A stretch of 55,842 nt of DNA from a virus (taxonomy: Duplodnaviria > Heunggongvirae > Uroviricota > Caudoviricetes): the IMG/VR virus record IMGVR_UViG_2923350032_000003. One strand, written 5' to 3'. How positions within the stretch are numbered: position 1 is the first letter of the stretch; the number at the start of each line of letters is the position of its first letter. The notes beneath the pieces were generated by a model. The model searched no databases. It was not told the DNA's origin and was given only the letters and a program-made list of their open reading frames with translations. The translations under genes and the position numbers were made by a program. This document shows positions 35,323-45,224 of the stretch, one piece after another.

Positions 35323-35349
35323 AAAAAAACCGCATTAAGCGGTTTTTTT
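35323..35349. terminator. Bidirectional intrinsic terminator, candidate tR'-like terminator about 80 nt downstream of Q
   Basis: AAAAAAACCGC-ATTAA-GCGGTTTTTTT; perfect hairpin with A-run and T-run on both sides. Confidence 0.55.
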
Positions 35350-35429
35350 ACGATGTCCATGTCTGCAATCCGCCTCGCGATACAGCTTTGCGAAGCATAG
35401 CAAAATTGAAGCAGTTTATACGTAAGAAA

Positions 35430-35972
35430 TCAAGCCATTTTCTCAGCAAATGATTCACGCATGGGAATATATAGGGCATACTCAGCAACAGCTAACCAAT
35501 TAGCAATCCGTTTTTCGCATGTGCTAAAACACCACTCTGGGTGTGCATCATTTAGCAATTCAGCCATTTTGCGCTTAGTCATCCCCCGCCCTTCATAGCG
35601 TTGCCGGAGAATGCAAATCAATCCTGGATGCTCTGCCAGCACCTCACTTATGACTCGATCAATACATAACGCCTCTGCATCAGTACAATGCGCCAGCCAG
35701 CTCTTTTGCTTGCCGTTGATCATCTCTCGCAAAAACGCTTCCAGCTCAGCTTTCTCTATTCCCGCTTTTTTCATTCTGCGCAGGGCTTCATTAATGGCTG
35801 TTTTCGTCAGTTTTTTGGATGCCAACAACTGATTGAACATATTCCCTGACCTGCCACCGCCAATATACGACCAGCGCCCCCACATACGTAGTTTTCCCTG
35901 AATCCAGACACTTTCCAGCGTGGTGAGGCGAAGGTGTTCTCCGCTTTTTCCTGTATTCGTTGGGTAAATCAT
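35430..35972 (-). CDS. Late gene antiterminator Q-like protein
   Basis: 180 aa; position immediately upstream of the late terminator and lysis genes; weak recalled family resemblance. Confidence 0.45.
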   Translation of the reverse strand: MIYPTNTGKSGEHLRLTTLESVWIQGKLRMWGRWSYIGGGRSGNMFNQLLASKKLTKTAINEALRRMKKAGIEKAELEAFLREMINGKQKSWLAHCTDAEALCIDRVISEVLAEHPGLICILRQRYEGRGMTKRKMAELLNDAHPEWCFSTCEKRIANWLAVAEYALYIPMRESFAEKMA

Positions 35973-36259
35973 AAATGACCTTTCTTTCTCCAGATTTCTT
36001 GTGTGCGAAAAACCCCTTCAGCATGCATCAGGCGCAATTCTTCTTTGGTGTAATCGCTGGTTTTTACCCGCCCGTCGATTAGATCGTGGCATGAGCTACA
36101 GGCTATCGCCGCCTGCATATCGTGTGGTTTTGTCGCTGTTCCGCACGTCCCCGCCAGCCTGTAATGCGCCAGCACAGAGGTTTCGGGATTGTGATTGCAG
36201 TAGCCAGGGATTCTGATCTGGCACATCTGGCCTTTAGCCGCTTTACGTAAATTCACCAT
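35969..36259 (-). CDS. DUF1364-type Cys-rich nin-region protein (YbcO-like)
   Basis: 96 aa with Cys/His cluster; position upstream of Q. Confidence 0.45.
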   Translation of the reverse strand: MVNLRKAAKGQMCQIRIPGYCNHNPETSVLAHYRLAGTCGTATKPHDMQAAIACSSCHDLIDGRVKTSDYTKEELRLMHAEGVFRTQEIWRKKGHL

Positions 36260-36858
36260 TACGCAAACTCCAGTAGTTGTGCGGCCACATTTTCAACTTC
36301 CTCCTGAGAGGAGAATTTACGAAACAGAATCCAGTTCCACAGCACATTCAGTACAGATTTATAAACCTGCTGAAACTCGACTTCGTCCATATTCGCAAAA
36401 GCGATGGATTTTGCCCGACGCCCACGGCTACCGTCCGGATAAATATGCTCGGTGTAAAATCCGGCCTGAATGGTTACCCACTCGCGGAAAGCCTCAAACG
36501 ACTTTAGCAACGCCGTATCCCGGGTTCTACGAGTCGCAACGGTGTTAAGGTATTGCTCTGCGGCATCACTCAGGGCTGGCGTGTGTTCCCGACCAACTGA
36601 TTCGCACAGGTAATCAACGAAACCAGACAGCAGTTCTCGTTCGCGAGGCGTGATCGCCCCACCGACCGGAGTCCAGTAATCGAATCCCAGTTGCAGGAGT
36701 TTGAAAAAACGCTTGTGGAATGCGTAGTTACGCACACGCTTAAAGTCTGCGTGTATCCACTCACCTATTTTGATTTGATGCAGAAAATCGCAACTCTCCG
36801 GCGTCGCCGGGAGAAGTAAACCAGAAGAAGTTTGTTTGACCAGTTGTATATGCGCCAT
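36259..36858 (-). CDS. DUF1367-type nin-region protein (YdfU-like)
   Basis: 199 aa; nin-region position. Confidence 0.4.
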   Translation of the reverse strand: MAHIQLVKQTSSGLLLPATPESCDFLHQIKIGEWIHADFKRVRNYAFHKRFFKLLQLGFDYWTPVGGAITPRERELLSGFVDYLCESVGREHTPALSDAAEQYLNTVATRRTRDTALLKSFEAFREWVTIQAGFYTEHIYPDGSRGRRAKSIAFANMDEVEFQQVYKSVLNVLWNWILFRKFSSQEEVENVAAQLLEFA

Positions 36859-37138
36859 TTCTCAATCTCTCGATGGCGCAGCGCAGCAGATGCCAGTTGT
36901 TCAGGCTGACGAATAAAGTATAAATAAACTGGCTATGGTGTAAAGCCCCACATAGCATGAACAAACACTACATATCAAATAGCTGGTACAAGGATAGAAA
37001 TACGACATTTATTATTAAAAACGATTAGATAAATTACATTTTAATGTTATGCAAAAGTTCTTTTTTATCATAACATTTCAATAAAAGCATTACAGATGCA
37101 ATCATCCCGTCATCATCAATTATTTAAGGTGGTTAAAC

Positions 37139-37225
37139 ATGGAAAATAACAAGTTCGCACATCTCGCTCCTTTTTTATCCGTAATCCTTTTCGCTTGTTG
37201 TTTTATATGGGCATTATTTTTATAA
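37139..37225 (+). CDS. Small hydrophobic peptide (28 aa), putative
   Basis: Hand-translated MENNKFAHLAPFLSVILFACCFIWALFL; AAGGTGG ribosome binding site 6 nt upstream; in an AT-rich intergenic region. Confidence 0.25.
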   Translation: MENNKFAHLAPFLSVILFACCFIWALFL

Positions 37226-37626
37226 AGTAGCCACATGATAAGTTGCTGGAATCATATTTCCCACTCAAGTCATTAACATTTGATAAGATATATCTAAAAG
37301 GACGCCTTTACATTATTTATGTGTATATAATTTATTTATATACACAGTAAAGGCATCCTGGGAAAATATTTATCGTTAAAAAATACATCATAAATAATCA
37401 AGCTGAAATTTCAGAACACAACTAATACACACAATAAGGTTCAGTAACAATAATCTATGTGGACTACATCGAGATTTTTTGATTAAACTTTAATAACTTA
37501 TTCCTAACACACAGAATGCATAAACTAAAAGTAAAACAAATAGTTATACGAAAAACAACCATATTTATTATATCTTCTCCTCTAATCAACATATCAATTA
37601 TGTGTTTCATAACAGCTTGACATAAC

Positions 37627-37663
37627 CCTCAAAAACACGCATTTATAATGCATGTTTTTGAGG
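37627..37663 (+). promoter_or_regulatory. 37-bp palindromic operator (NsrR-box-like) overlapping the promoter of the yeaR-like gene
   Basis: Perfect 11-bp arms cctcaaaaaca / tgtttttgagg flanking cgcatttataatgca; TTGACA at 37617-37622; GGAGG ribosome binding site at 37662-37666. Confidence 0.5.
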
Positions 37664-37671
37664 AGGTGGTT

Positions 37672-38010
37672 ATGACACACAAGAGAATTCCTAAAGATTG
37701 GGTAATCAAACGCTCAACTCCGTTCTTCACAAAAGAGAACGTACCTTCAGCGTTATTAACACATCATAATACAGCAGCAGGTGTTTTTGGGCAGTTGTGC
37801 GTAATGGAAGGCACTGTAACATATTATGGTTTTACTGATGAGAATGCTACTGAACCGGAGATAAAAGTAGTCATTAATGCTGGCGCTTTTGCAACAAGCC
37901 CACCACAATACTGGCACCGTGTTGAACTAAGCGATGATGCTCAGTTTAATATTAACTTTTGGGTCGCTCCAGACTTCTCGGGCGAAAAAGTCTATAGCAC
38001 CAAAAAATAG
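37672..38010 (+). CDS. DUF1971 protein, YeaR-like
   Basis: 112 aa from MTHKRIPKDW...; recalled similarity to E. coli YeaR; strong ribosome binding site. Confidence 0.65.
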   Translation: MTHKRIPKDWVIKRSTPFFTKENVPSALLTHHNTAAGVFGQLCVMEGTVTYYGFTDENATEPEIKVVINAGAFATSPPQYWHRVELSDDAQFNINFWVAPDFSGEKVYSTKK

Positions 38011-38037
38011 ATGATCATATTAAAAATGCTTTAACAG

Positions 38038-38075
38038 TCAGACCCGGCAGGGCTATCCCCGACGGGTCTCATTTT
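38038..38075 (+). terminator. Intrinsic terminator after yeaR-like gene
   Basis: GACCCGGCAGGG...CCCCGACGGGTC stem followed by TCATTTTTGT. Confidence 0.5.
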
Positions 38076-38733
38076 TGTAAATATATTGGTTCTACATTGA
38101 CAGGAGACTTCAACCATAAGAAGTAATCTGAATACTTGAGCAATAAATTTACTTAAGATTAATGAGCGCACCTTGCCGGACAAAGATAAACCAAGGTAAC
38201 ACCTTTTTTCTAGCCAGTATGTAATCAATCAGAAAGCCGCTCCATAAGAACAACAGCAAGACAATAAATTGCCATTACAGCCGCAATAGCTAGCGCACAT
38301 TTGAGAACCAGCACGACAACCTCCTGTATTGGACGTACACCAGTTCTGATAAATATGAGGCTGTCTCATCATTGATTCAATATAACTATTGGGTATAGTT
38401 TCTGTGATTTTGTTCTGTAGAAATGGAACACAACAACCAGTCACCACCAGCACTTCTTTAAATACGCCAAGTCCGACGCAAGCTAACCTTCTAGTCCGCT
38501 TTGAGCGAGGAGCGGACCAAACCCGGCCAACTGACTCTTAAAGGGGCCGCAGGAATTTTTCGTCTGAACTTTCGAAGCTCCTCTCCCTGAAGACAGAAAA
38601 CTTCTGTGTGCTGTGGGAATATTGAATCTTTGCCTTAGATATAAATAATTTTATCCCGCCTGAAGTTTACATTATTTTATTTATCTGTTTTTCTAAATCA
38701 GACTGCACTCCTTACTTAAATCAGGAGCCAGTC

Positions 38734-39933
38734 ATGCCATTTGTTATTTATGTGTTTACTATCAGTGCCTTTGCGCTCGGACTCGCGGAATTTGTCCCCA
38801 TTGGGCTGACAGACGTTATGGCTCAGGGGTTGTGTGTGGGTGTGGAGCAGACCGGGGCAGCGGTTACAACCTATGCACTGGGGGCAACGTTCGCGGCACC
38901 CGTACTGTCTGCGCTGACAGCAAGCTGGAGCCGGAAAAATGTAATGCTTACAACTGCCGTTGTGTTTACTGCCGGTAGTCTGGCGGCCGCGTTTGCAGCC
39001 ACATTACCTCAGCTCCTGTTAGCGCGGTTCATTGCTGGTCTGGGACACGGCCTGTTTCTGGCTGCGGCATCCAGTACCGCAGCTCGTCTTGCTGGACCGG
39101 GTAAAGCAGGCAGAGCGGTGGCTGTGGTATTTGGTGGCTTTACTCTGGCGATGGCAATCGGCGTACCGCTGAGTACATGGTTGGGGGGGGTGGTCTCATG
39201 GCGTCCAGTTCTCGGCGCTATTGCCGCTTTTGGCGCGTTCGGATTCCTTGGACTGTTGTTCGGTATGAAAGATCCCGTACGCAGCGTGCCCGGTGAACAT
39301 AGTGACTCAGCAATGCAGAATATCGGCATGCTGTTTAACCGTAAGTTGCTGGCCGGCGCGCTGGTTACGGTGCTGGCGTATGCAGGCTCGTTTACGGCTT
39401 ACACCTTTATCGCACCTATTCTGACGCAGGTGACAGGGGTTACCGGAGCAACGGTGAGTCTGTTTATGCTGGTTTACGGTATTACAGCTGCGGTAGGTAA
39501 TATTCTTGGTGGGAAACTTACCGACAGCATGGGGGTTAATCGTGCCAATATACTCATCATTAGCGGCATTGTTGTTGTCGTGCTTGGTATGTGGCTGCTG
39601 TCATCCTCACCGGTGAGCATGGGCATTCTGGTTGCGCTGCTGGGTATGGTGACATTTGCCGCAGTGCCGGCACTGCAGGCCCGTCTGATTGGTGTCGCTG
39701 AGCAACATGCTCCTCATGCGCATGGTGTTGCTGCCGGCCTGAATATTGCGGGCTTCAACTCAGGTATAGCGCTGGGATCAGTACTGGGCAGCATTACTAT
39801 AAGCCACGCCGGTATCGTGTATACCGGTATCAGCGGTGCGATTGTTTCTCTGCTCGGCCTGCTGTTGCTGCTTGCACAAATCCGTCGCAGCCACAGTCGT
39901 AAATTTCAACAGGTTAAAATCGTAGGCCAGTAA
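38734..39933 (+). CDS. MFS transporter (12-TM efflux type)
   Basis: 399 aa, hydrophobic throughout with MFS-like loop motifs. Confidence 0.7.
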   Translation: MPFVIYVFTISAFALGLAEFVPIGLTDVMAQGLCVGVEQTGAAVTTYALGATFAAPVLSALTASWSRKNVMLTTAVVFTAGSLAAAFAATLPQLLLARFIAGLGHGLFLAAASSTAARLAGPGKAGRAVAVVFGGFTLAMAIGVPLSTWLGGVVSWRPVLGAIAAFGAFGFLGLLFGMKDPVRSVPGEHSDSAMQNIGMLFNRKLLAGALVTVLAYAGSFTAYTFIAPILTQVTGVTGATVSLFMLVYGITAAVGNILGGKLTDSMGVNRANILIISGIVVVVLGMWLLSSSPVSMGILVALLGMVTFAAVPALQARLIGVAEQHAPHAHGVAAGLNIAGFNSGIALGSVLGSITISHAGIVYTGISGAIVSLLGLLLLLAQIRRSHSRKFQQVKIVGQ

Positions 39934-39944
39934 AGGGAGGTTAT

Positions 39945-40637
39945 ATGCTTACCCGTGAAAATATGCTTAATGGCACATTTGTCAGGGTGCATGAAGCGCT
40001 GCTCCCGGCGAATATGCTCTGGGACGCTGAAAAAATACGCGCATCAATGAACTCTACTCTGGAGGAGCGCCCGACGGGTGCTCCTGTCTGGATATTTGCC
40101 TACGGGTCATTGATGTGGAATCCCGTGCTGGCGATTGAAGAAATGCAACGGGCCCGTCTGAAAGGATGGCAGCGCAGTTTCTGCATTCGTTTGATATCCG
40201 GACGAGCGACTCCTGATGTCCCCGGCAGGATGTTATCGCTCGACGAAGGTGGAATTACCGAAGGTATTGCGTTCAGACTGCCGGAATCGACTCTTATTAA
40301 TGAGCTGGAAATTGTCTGGACGCGCGAGATGATAACCGGTCTTTACCGTCCGGTCTGGGCAGACGTTTCGCTAGGAAACGGTGAGGAAATTCAGGCGCTG
40401 GCTTTCGTATCAGACAGACTGCATCCGCATTATGAACAGGACAATCTTACAGCGACCGTAGCGTTGAGCATCGCATCTGCCCGTGGAGACATTGGCACGA
40501 ATGCAGATTATGTATGGAAACTGCAGGCCACTCTGGGTGCGTTGGGAATACGGGATGATTACGTGAGTGAACTGGCCCTTGCTCTGCATGAGTCTCCCTG
40601 TAACGATAAACTTCATCAGCGAGGCGCTTCACTATGA
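39945..40637 (+). CDS. ChaC-like gamma-glutamylcyclotransferase
   Basis: 230 aa; WIFAYGSLMWNP motif and overall resemblance to E. coli ChaC. Confidence 0.7.
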   Translation: MLTRENMLNGTFVRVHEALLPANMLWDAEKIRASMNSTLEERPTGAPVWIFAYGSLMWNPVLAIEEMQRARLKGWQRSFCIRLISGRATPDVPGRMLSLDEGGITEGIAFRLPESTLINELEIVWTREMITGLYRPVWADVSLGNGEEIQALAFVSDRLHPHYEQDNLTATVALSIASARGDIGTNADYVWKLQATLGALGIRDDYVSELALALHESPCNDKLHQRGASL

Positions 40638-41515
40638 GCCATCTGAGCCATCTGCGAACGTTTCTTGAGGCCTATCGCTCTGGCTCCTTTTCAAAGGCGG
40701 CAGAACTACTGGGCATCACTCAGCCCGCGGCGTCACAGCATATCCAGTCTCTTGAGACTCTGGTTGGTAAGCGTCTGTTTATCAGGCAGGCCAGAGGCGT
40801 GACGGCAACCGAAGCTGCGGATGAGCTTGCCCGCTCAGTTTCACCCTTCATTGATGGTCTGGAAGAAAAGCTGTCCTCTTTCCGGTCAGGCTCTGTACGC
40901 GGGGGAACAATTAATCTGGCAGGACCGCCAGATTTTATTCATTCCCGGCTTGGGACAGTAATGGCTCCACTAATGAAGGAGGGGTATCGCCTACGCTTTC
41001 ATACCGGCAATAAGCAACGTATTTATTCCCTTTTGCATGACGGGAGCGCCGATCTCGCTGTTACCGCATCTATGCCTGATGACCGTCTGTACGGCTATGC
41101 ACATCTACTGACTGAACGCATGCTCCTTGTTCATGCTCCCGCCATGTCAGAGATCATCGGATCAGAACCTGGTGCTGAAACGCTTGCCTCATTACCGCTG
41201 ATTGCTTATGACGAAGAGTTGCCACTGATTAGAGCGCTCTGGGCCTCCATGTTTCAGAGAGCCCCTGAGATGCAGGCTACATTCACCATTCCGGATTTAC
41301 GTATTATCCGCGACTTGGTCTGTGACGGCCACGGGTGGACAGTGCTGCCGGATTATCACTGTGACAATGACCTGAAAAGTGGTCGCCTGATTTCAGTGAC
41401 ACCTGCAGACCTCGCTCCGACTAATCATCTTTATCTGGTCTGGAACAAAAGGACGGCTAATAACAGCCGAACCGCCTATGTTCGGGATTACATTCTTAAA
41501 ACGTTTCCGCGTTGA
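40634..41515 (+). CDS. LysR-family transcriptional regulator
   Basis: 293 aa; N-terminal HTH (FSKAAELLGITQPAASQHIQSLE); start overlaps chaC-like stop. Confidence 0.8.
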   Translation: MSHLSHLRTFLEAYRSGSFSKAAELLGITQPAASQHIQSLETLVGKRLFIRQARGVTATEAADELARSVSPFIDGLEEKLSSFRSGSVRGGTINLAGPPDFIHSRLGTVMAPLMKEGYRLRFHTGNKQRIYSLLHDGSADLAVTASMPDDRLYGYAHLLTERMLLVHAPAMSEIIGSEPGAETLASLPLIAYDEELPLIRALWASMFQRAPEMQATFTIPDLRIIRDLVCDGHGWTVLPDYHCDNDLKSGRLISVTPADLAPTNHLYLVWNKRTANNSRTAYVRDYILKTFPR

Positions 41516-41560
41516 TGTTTGAAACGGATGATTGGAGATGCGTATCATAAGTTACGTATG

Positions 41561-41600
41561 TCCGCTTCTGGCACAAAGCAGACGCCCACTCTCACGCGAA
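41561..41600. repeat. Copy A of an about 36-bp direct repeat (core TGGCACAAAGC-GAC-CCAC)
   Basis: Matches 45225-45260 at about 28 of 36 positions. Confidence 0.4.
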
Positions 41601-41645
41601 TGCTTTGCCCTTGACTTGCCAACAACCGTATCGCTTGCTCCGCAA

Positions 41646-42938
41646 CTATGGTTTTTTATTAGAATCTTCGCCACTAAATAAATTATAATAAATTGATTTT
41701 ATTAGATATCTATCAGAATCTATATGGTCAGCACGAGTAGCATGCTCTAATGTTTCAAATGCTAGGGTTTGTGCGGCTTCAGCAAAAATTCCAGGCCAAC
41801 CCTTACTCAGCATCGACAGTCCTTTAAGTACCCTTATCTGAATTTCCCTCATACTGGCACCATCGCGCGCAACAGGTGAGAAAAAGTCTTCAAGTAGATC
41901 GTTATTCTGAAGTGGTGCAACATGTACAGAAGGATATTTCACTTCTATTTCATCAGATTTATTCTGCGCGTAAGCGGAAAGTATACGTACACCTCTGCCA
42001 ATGACATCAATGGCGGTTCCAGGATCGTTCACTGCGGGGGAAAGGGCTCGGCAGGCTATTTCGGCCATGACGCTAAGACAAAATCGGGGGTCCTGAGCAA
42101 ATGAACGTACATCCGAGACAATAATCGTCTCAAGTAAATCGGTGCTGATTGATGACTCCTGGCCCTGACTCAGGTACAAAACTGGCGTGGACGGATGTAT
42201 GAAACTGCCCGGCTGCGCCACGAGGTATACATGACGGGGATCATTGGTCAGCAGCTTGCTGAGTTTCACCATATCAACATATTCAACATAGCCAATCTTT
42301 TTCGGATAAACTGCAACCGTTCCTTTCGGCTGTTCATTGTTCTCAAGCCATGGATATCCGCCGAGACAGGGATTTCTTGCTCTCGCAATAAATGTTTCGA
42401 TGGCCGCCTGTTCTACTTTTGCCGTTGTCTCACCAACCCTCCCCAGAGAGGTCAAATGCTGTATCCAGCGAAGCAATGTGATGAGGATTAAGGCAATGAC
42501 AACCAGTGTTACAATGAATAAAATGACTCTCCCCCTTTCTCCATAAGCTCCCATATTGAGGGCAATAATCCCTACCAGACTGAAGAGAAAAGAACCGATG
42601 AAGGTGGCCAGTACATTTTGTGTGGTGACGTCTTCAACAACTAAACGAGTAGCTCTGGGAGTCACATTAGTAGTGGCTGAACCGTAGGCTGTGACCATGA
42701 TGCTCAGCGAAAATGTGGTCACTGCCAGCATACTCGATGCCAGTATGTTCAGAATGTTATCGACTGCTTCCGCACCAACCTTCACGGAAACCGACTCAGG
42801 TATCATTGATTTAAAAAGAATTGATAAAAGGGCCGTTATTATTGCGACAATTGCGAATAACGTTGCCCTGAACCATAGTTTTTTAAATGTCTGCTTCAGC
42901 ATCCATTTCCAGCGTGAAATCATTCTGCATTCCCTCAT
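41646..42938 (-). CDS. DUF2254-like membrane protein
   Basis: 430 aa; N-terminal multi-TM region plus C-terminal soluble domain. Confidence 0.5.
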   Translation of the reverse strand: MRECRMISRWKWMLKQTFKKLWFRATLFAIVAIITALLSILFKSMIPESVSVKVGAEAVDNILNILASSMLAVTTFSLSIMVTAYGSATTNVTPRATRLVVEDVTTQNVLATFIGSFLFSLVGIIALNMGAYGERGRVILFIVTLVVIALILITLLRWIQHLTSLGRVGETTAKVEQAAIETFIARARNPCLGGYPWLENNEQPKGTVAVYPKKIGYVEYVDMVKLSKLLTNDPRHVYLVAQPGSFIHPSTPVLYLSQGQESSISTDLLETIIVSDVRSFAQDPRFCLSVMAEIACRALSPAVNDPGTAIDVIGRGVRILSAYAQNKSDEIEVKYPSVHVAPLQNNDLLEDFFSPVARDGASMREIQIRVLKGLSMLSKGWPGIFAEAAQTLAFETLEHATRADHIDSDRYLIKSIYYNLFSGEDSNKKP

Positions 42939-42986
42939 ATTGCAGCCGGGATAAATAAATGCCGCCTCTGTGGCGGCATGTTGCTG

Positions 42987-44990
42987 TTAACGAACCAGAT
43001 GCAGGAAGTGCAGGTGTTTTTCGTACTGGTCCAGTATGTCATTAATCAGCTGTTCCTGATTCCAGCCCATTACATCATAATTTTGGCCGCCCTCTTTGAG
43101 ATAGACTTCAGCGCGATAATATCGATGTTGTTCACTCTGCTGCTCATCATTATCCAGCGCAGCGAGCGCGAAGGTCGGTGAGTTATACCCGCGAAGCCTC
43201 ACTTCATATATATAATTCAGCTCGTTGCCCAAATCGACTTCAAGGCGAATACGATCCTCGGCGGCGTCACTGATGTGGCTTATCGTTCCCTGCTTGTTAA
43301 GTTCCTCCTGAACCAGCGTCATGGCGGGTTGGATAATGTCGTCCATAAAACGTTTCACAAGAGAGCGCTTCGGCAAATACGCGATATTGCGTAACCTTCT
43401 CTGCCAGGGAATTGGGTTACGTGCAGCCGTAGGAGCAATAGTCGCCATGCTAAGGCTTTCACGCTTGGTCAAATCCCGACGCAGGGCTTTTAACAGTCCG
43501 TATATGGATATTAATAAGATAACTGAGAAGGGCAATGCACTCGCTATCGTTACGGTTTGCAACGCACTCAGCCCCCCTGCGATCAGCAGGGCAATAGCAA
43601 CAACGCCCATGAGCGATGCCCAGAAAATTCGCTGCCAGACGGGCGTGTTTGCCACCCCACCTGATGCCAGAGTATCCACAACCATTGCCCCCGAATCAGC
43701 AGACGTTACAAAGAAGACGATGACCATCGCCATTGCAATGAATGACAGCACGGAAGAGAACGGGAAATGCTCCAGGAAATTAAACAGGGCAAGCGCAACA
43801 TCCTGCTGAACGGTATTGGCGAGGTCAGTGGCGCCCTGGTTCATGATGAGATAGATGGCGCTGTTTCCAAACACCGTCATCCACATGAGCGTAAAGCCGG
43901 CGGGAACAAACAACACGCCAGTCACGAACTCACGAATTGTCCTGCCGCGGGAAACGCGTGCAATGAACATACCTACAAACGGCGACCATGAAAGCCACCA
44001 TCCCCAGTATAATAATGTCCAGCCCCCCAGCCAGTTGCTCGACTTGGGTTCATACGCGTAAAGGTTGAACGTTTTACTCACCAGTTCCGACAGATAACCA
44101 CCCGTATTTTCCACAAATGACTTCAGCAGAAGCACAGTGGGACCCAGGCACAAGACCAGCGCCAGGAGCAACACCGCCAGGCCCAGATTAAGCTCAGACA
44201 GGATGCGTATTCCCTTGTCCAGGCCGGACACCACCGAAATCGTCGCTAACCCCGTGATGACCACGATCAAAATGACCTGTACCGTTTCATTGATGGGCAC
44301 GCCGAAAAGATGGTTCAAACCGGCATTCACCTGCAATACACCGTAACCCAGCGATGTTGCAACGCCAAAGACAGTGCCTATCACGGCGAAGATATCAACC
44401 GCGTGGCCTATAGGCCCGTAAATGCGATCGCCGATAATGGGATAGAGCGCAGAACGCAGCGTTAAAGGCAGACCGTGACGGTAACTGAAAAAGGCCAGAA
44501 TCAGCGCCACGATGGCATAAATTGCCCATGCGTGCAGACCCCAGTGGAAGAACGTCAGGCGCATGGCTTCCTTCGCTGCCGCAACGGTCTCTGGAGTGCC
44601 GACAGGTGGCGAAAGATAATGCATCACAGGTTCGGCAACGCCAAAGAACATCAGGCCGATCCCCATCCCTGCCGAAAAAAGCATCGCGAACCAGGAGTGG
44701 TAGCTGAAATCAGGCTGCGCATGGTCTGGGCCCAGCTTTATATCACCGTAACGTGAGAGTCCAAGGAACGTGACGCTCAGTAAAATCAGGGCCACAGCAA
44801 GTATGTAGAACCAGCTGGCATTCGTGAAGATTTGTTGCTGAAGTAGTTTAAAATTTTTGTCGGCGACATCCGGGAATACGGCGGCAAAGGCGACAAGAAG
44901 GAAAATTAGCAAAGCAGATGTAAAGAATACCGCTTTGTTAATCTGGCTTGTAGACTTCTTTGGGGTTGTATCATTTTCACTCATAATCAT
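42987..44990 (-). CDS. BCCT-family transporter (BetT-like)
   Basis: 667 aa; BCCT-type TM topology and long cytoplasmic C-terminal tail as in recalled BetT. Confidence 0.75.
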   Translation of the reverse strand: MIMSENDTTPKKSTSQINKAVFFTSALLIFLLVAFAAVFPDVADKNFKLLQQQIFTNASWFYILAVALILLSVTFLGLSRYGDIKLGPDHAQPDFSYHSWFAMLFSAGMGIGLMFFGVAEPVMHYLSPPVGTPETVAAAKEAMRLTFFHWGLHAWAIYAIVALILAFFSYRHGLPLTLRSALYPIIGDRIYGPIGHAVDIFAVIGTVFGVATSLGYGVLQVNAGLNHLFGVPINETVQVILIVVITGLATISVVSGLDKGIRILSELNLGLAVLLLALVLCLGPTVLLLKSFVENTGGYLSELVSKTFNLYAYEPKSSNWLGGWTLLYWGWWLSWSPFVGMFIARVSRGRTIREFVTGVLFVPAGFTLMWMTVFGNSAIYLIMNQGATDLANTVQQDVALALFNFLEHFPFSSVLSFIAMAMVIVFFVTSADSGAMVVDTLASGGVANTPVWQRIFWASLMGVVAIALLIAGGLSALQTVTIASALPFSVILLISIYGLLKALRRDLTKRESLSMATIAPTAARNPIPWQRRLRNIAYLPKRSLVKRFMDDIIQPAMTLVQEELNKQGTISHISDAAEDRIRLEVDLGNELNYIYEVRLRGYNSPTFALAALDNDEQQSEQHRYYRAEVYLKEGGQNYDVMGWNQEQLINDILDQYEKHLHFLHLVR

Positions 44991-45224
44991 TTATTCCATT
45001 AATTAAATCCGCACTGGATAGAAGGTACTACCTCTCACAGAGTAGCAAAGTTCAACTGGCTATGCGGGGTTAATCGGAATGCATGGTGGAATGAGTGCCG
45101 ATACAAATCATCCTATATTCTAAGGAGTTTTAAGTTACTCAGCCTGCCAATTACTGGGGCATTTAATTTGTATGATCTGTATCAAAGCTGGGATATAAGT
45201 TAAGTGAAGTATATTAGGCACGAA

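Noticed and set aside
34386-35429. tRNA genes, as often found between Q and the lysis genes in lambdoid phages
   Set aside because: No GTTCGAATC-type TpsiC motif or cloverleaf-compatible segment found on either strand by eye.
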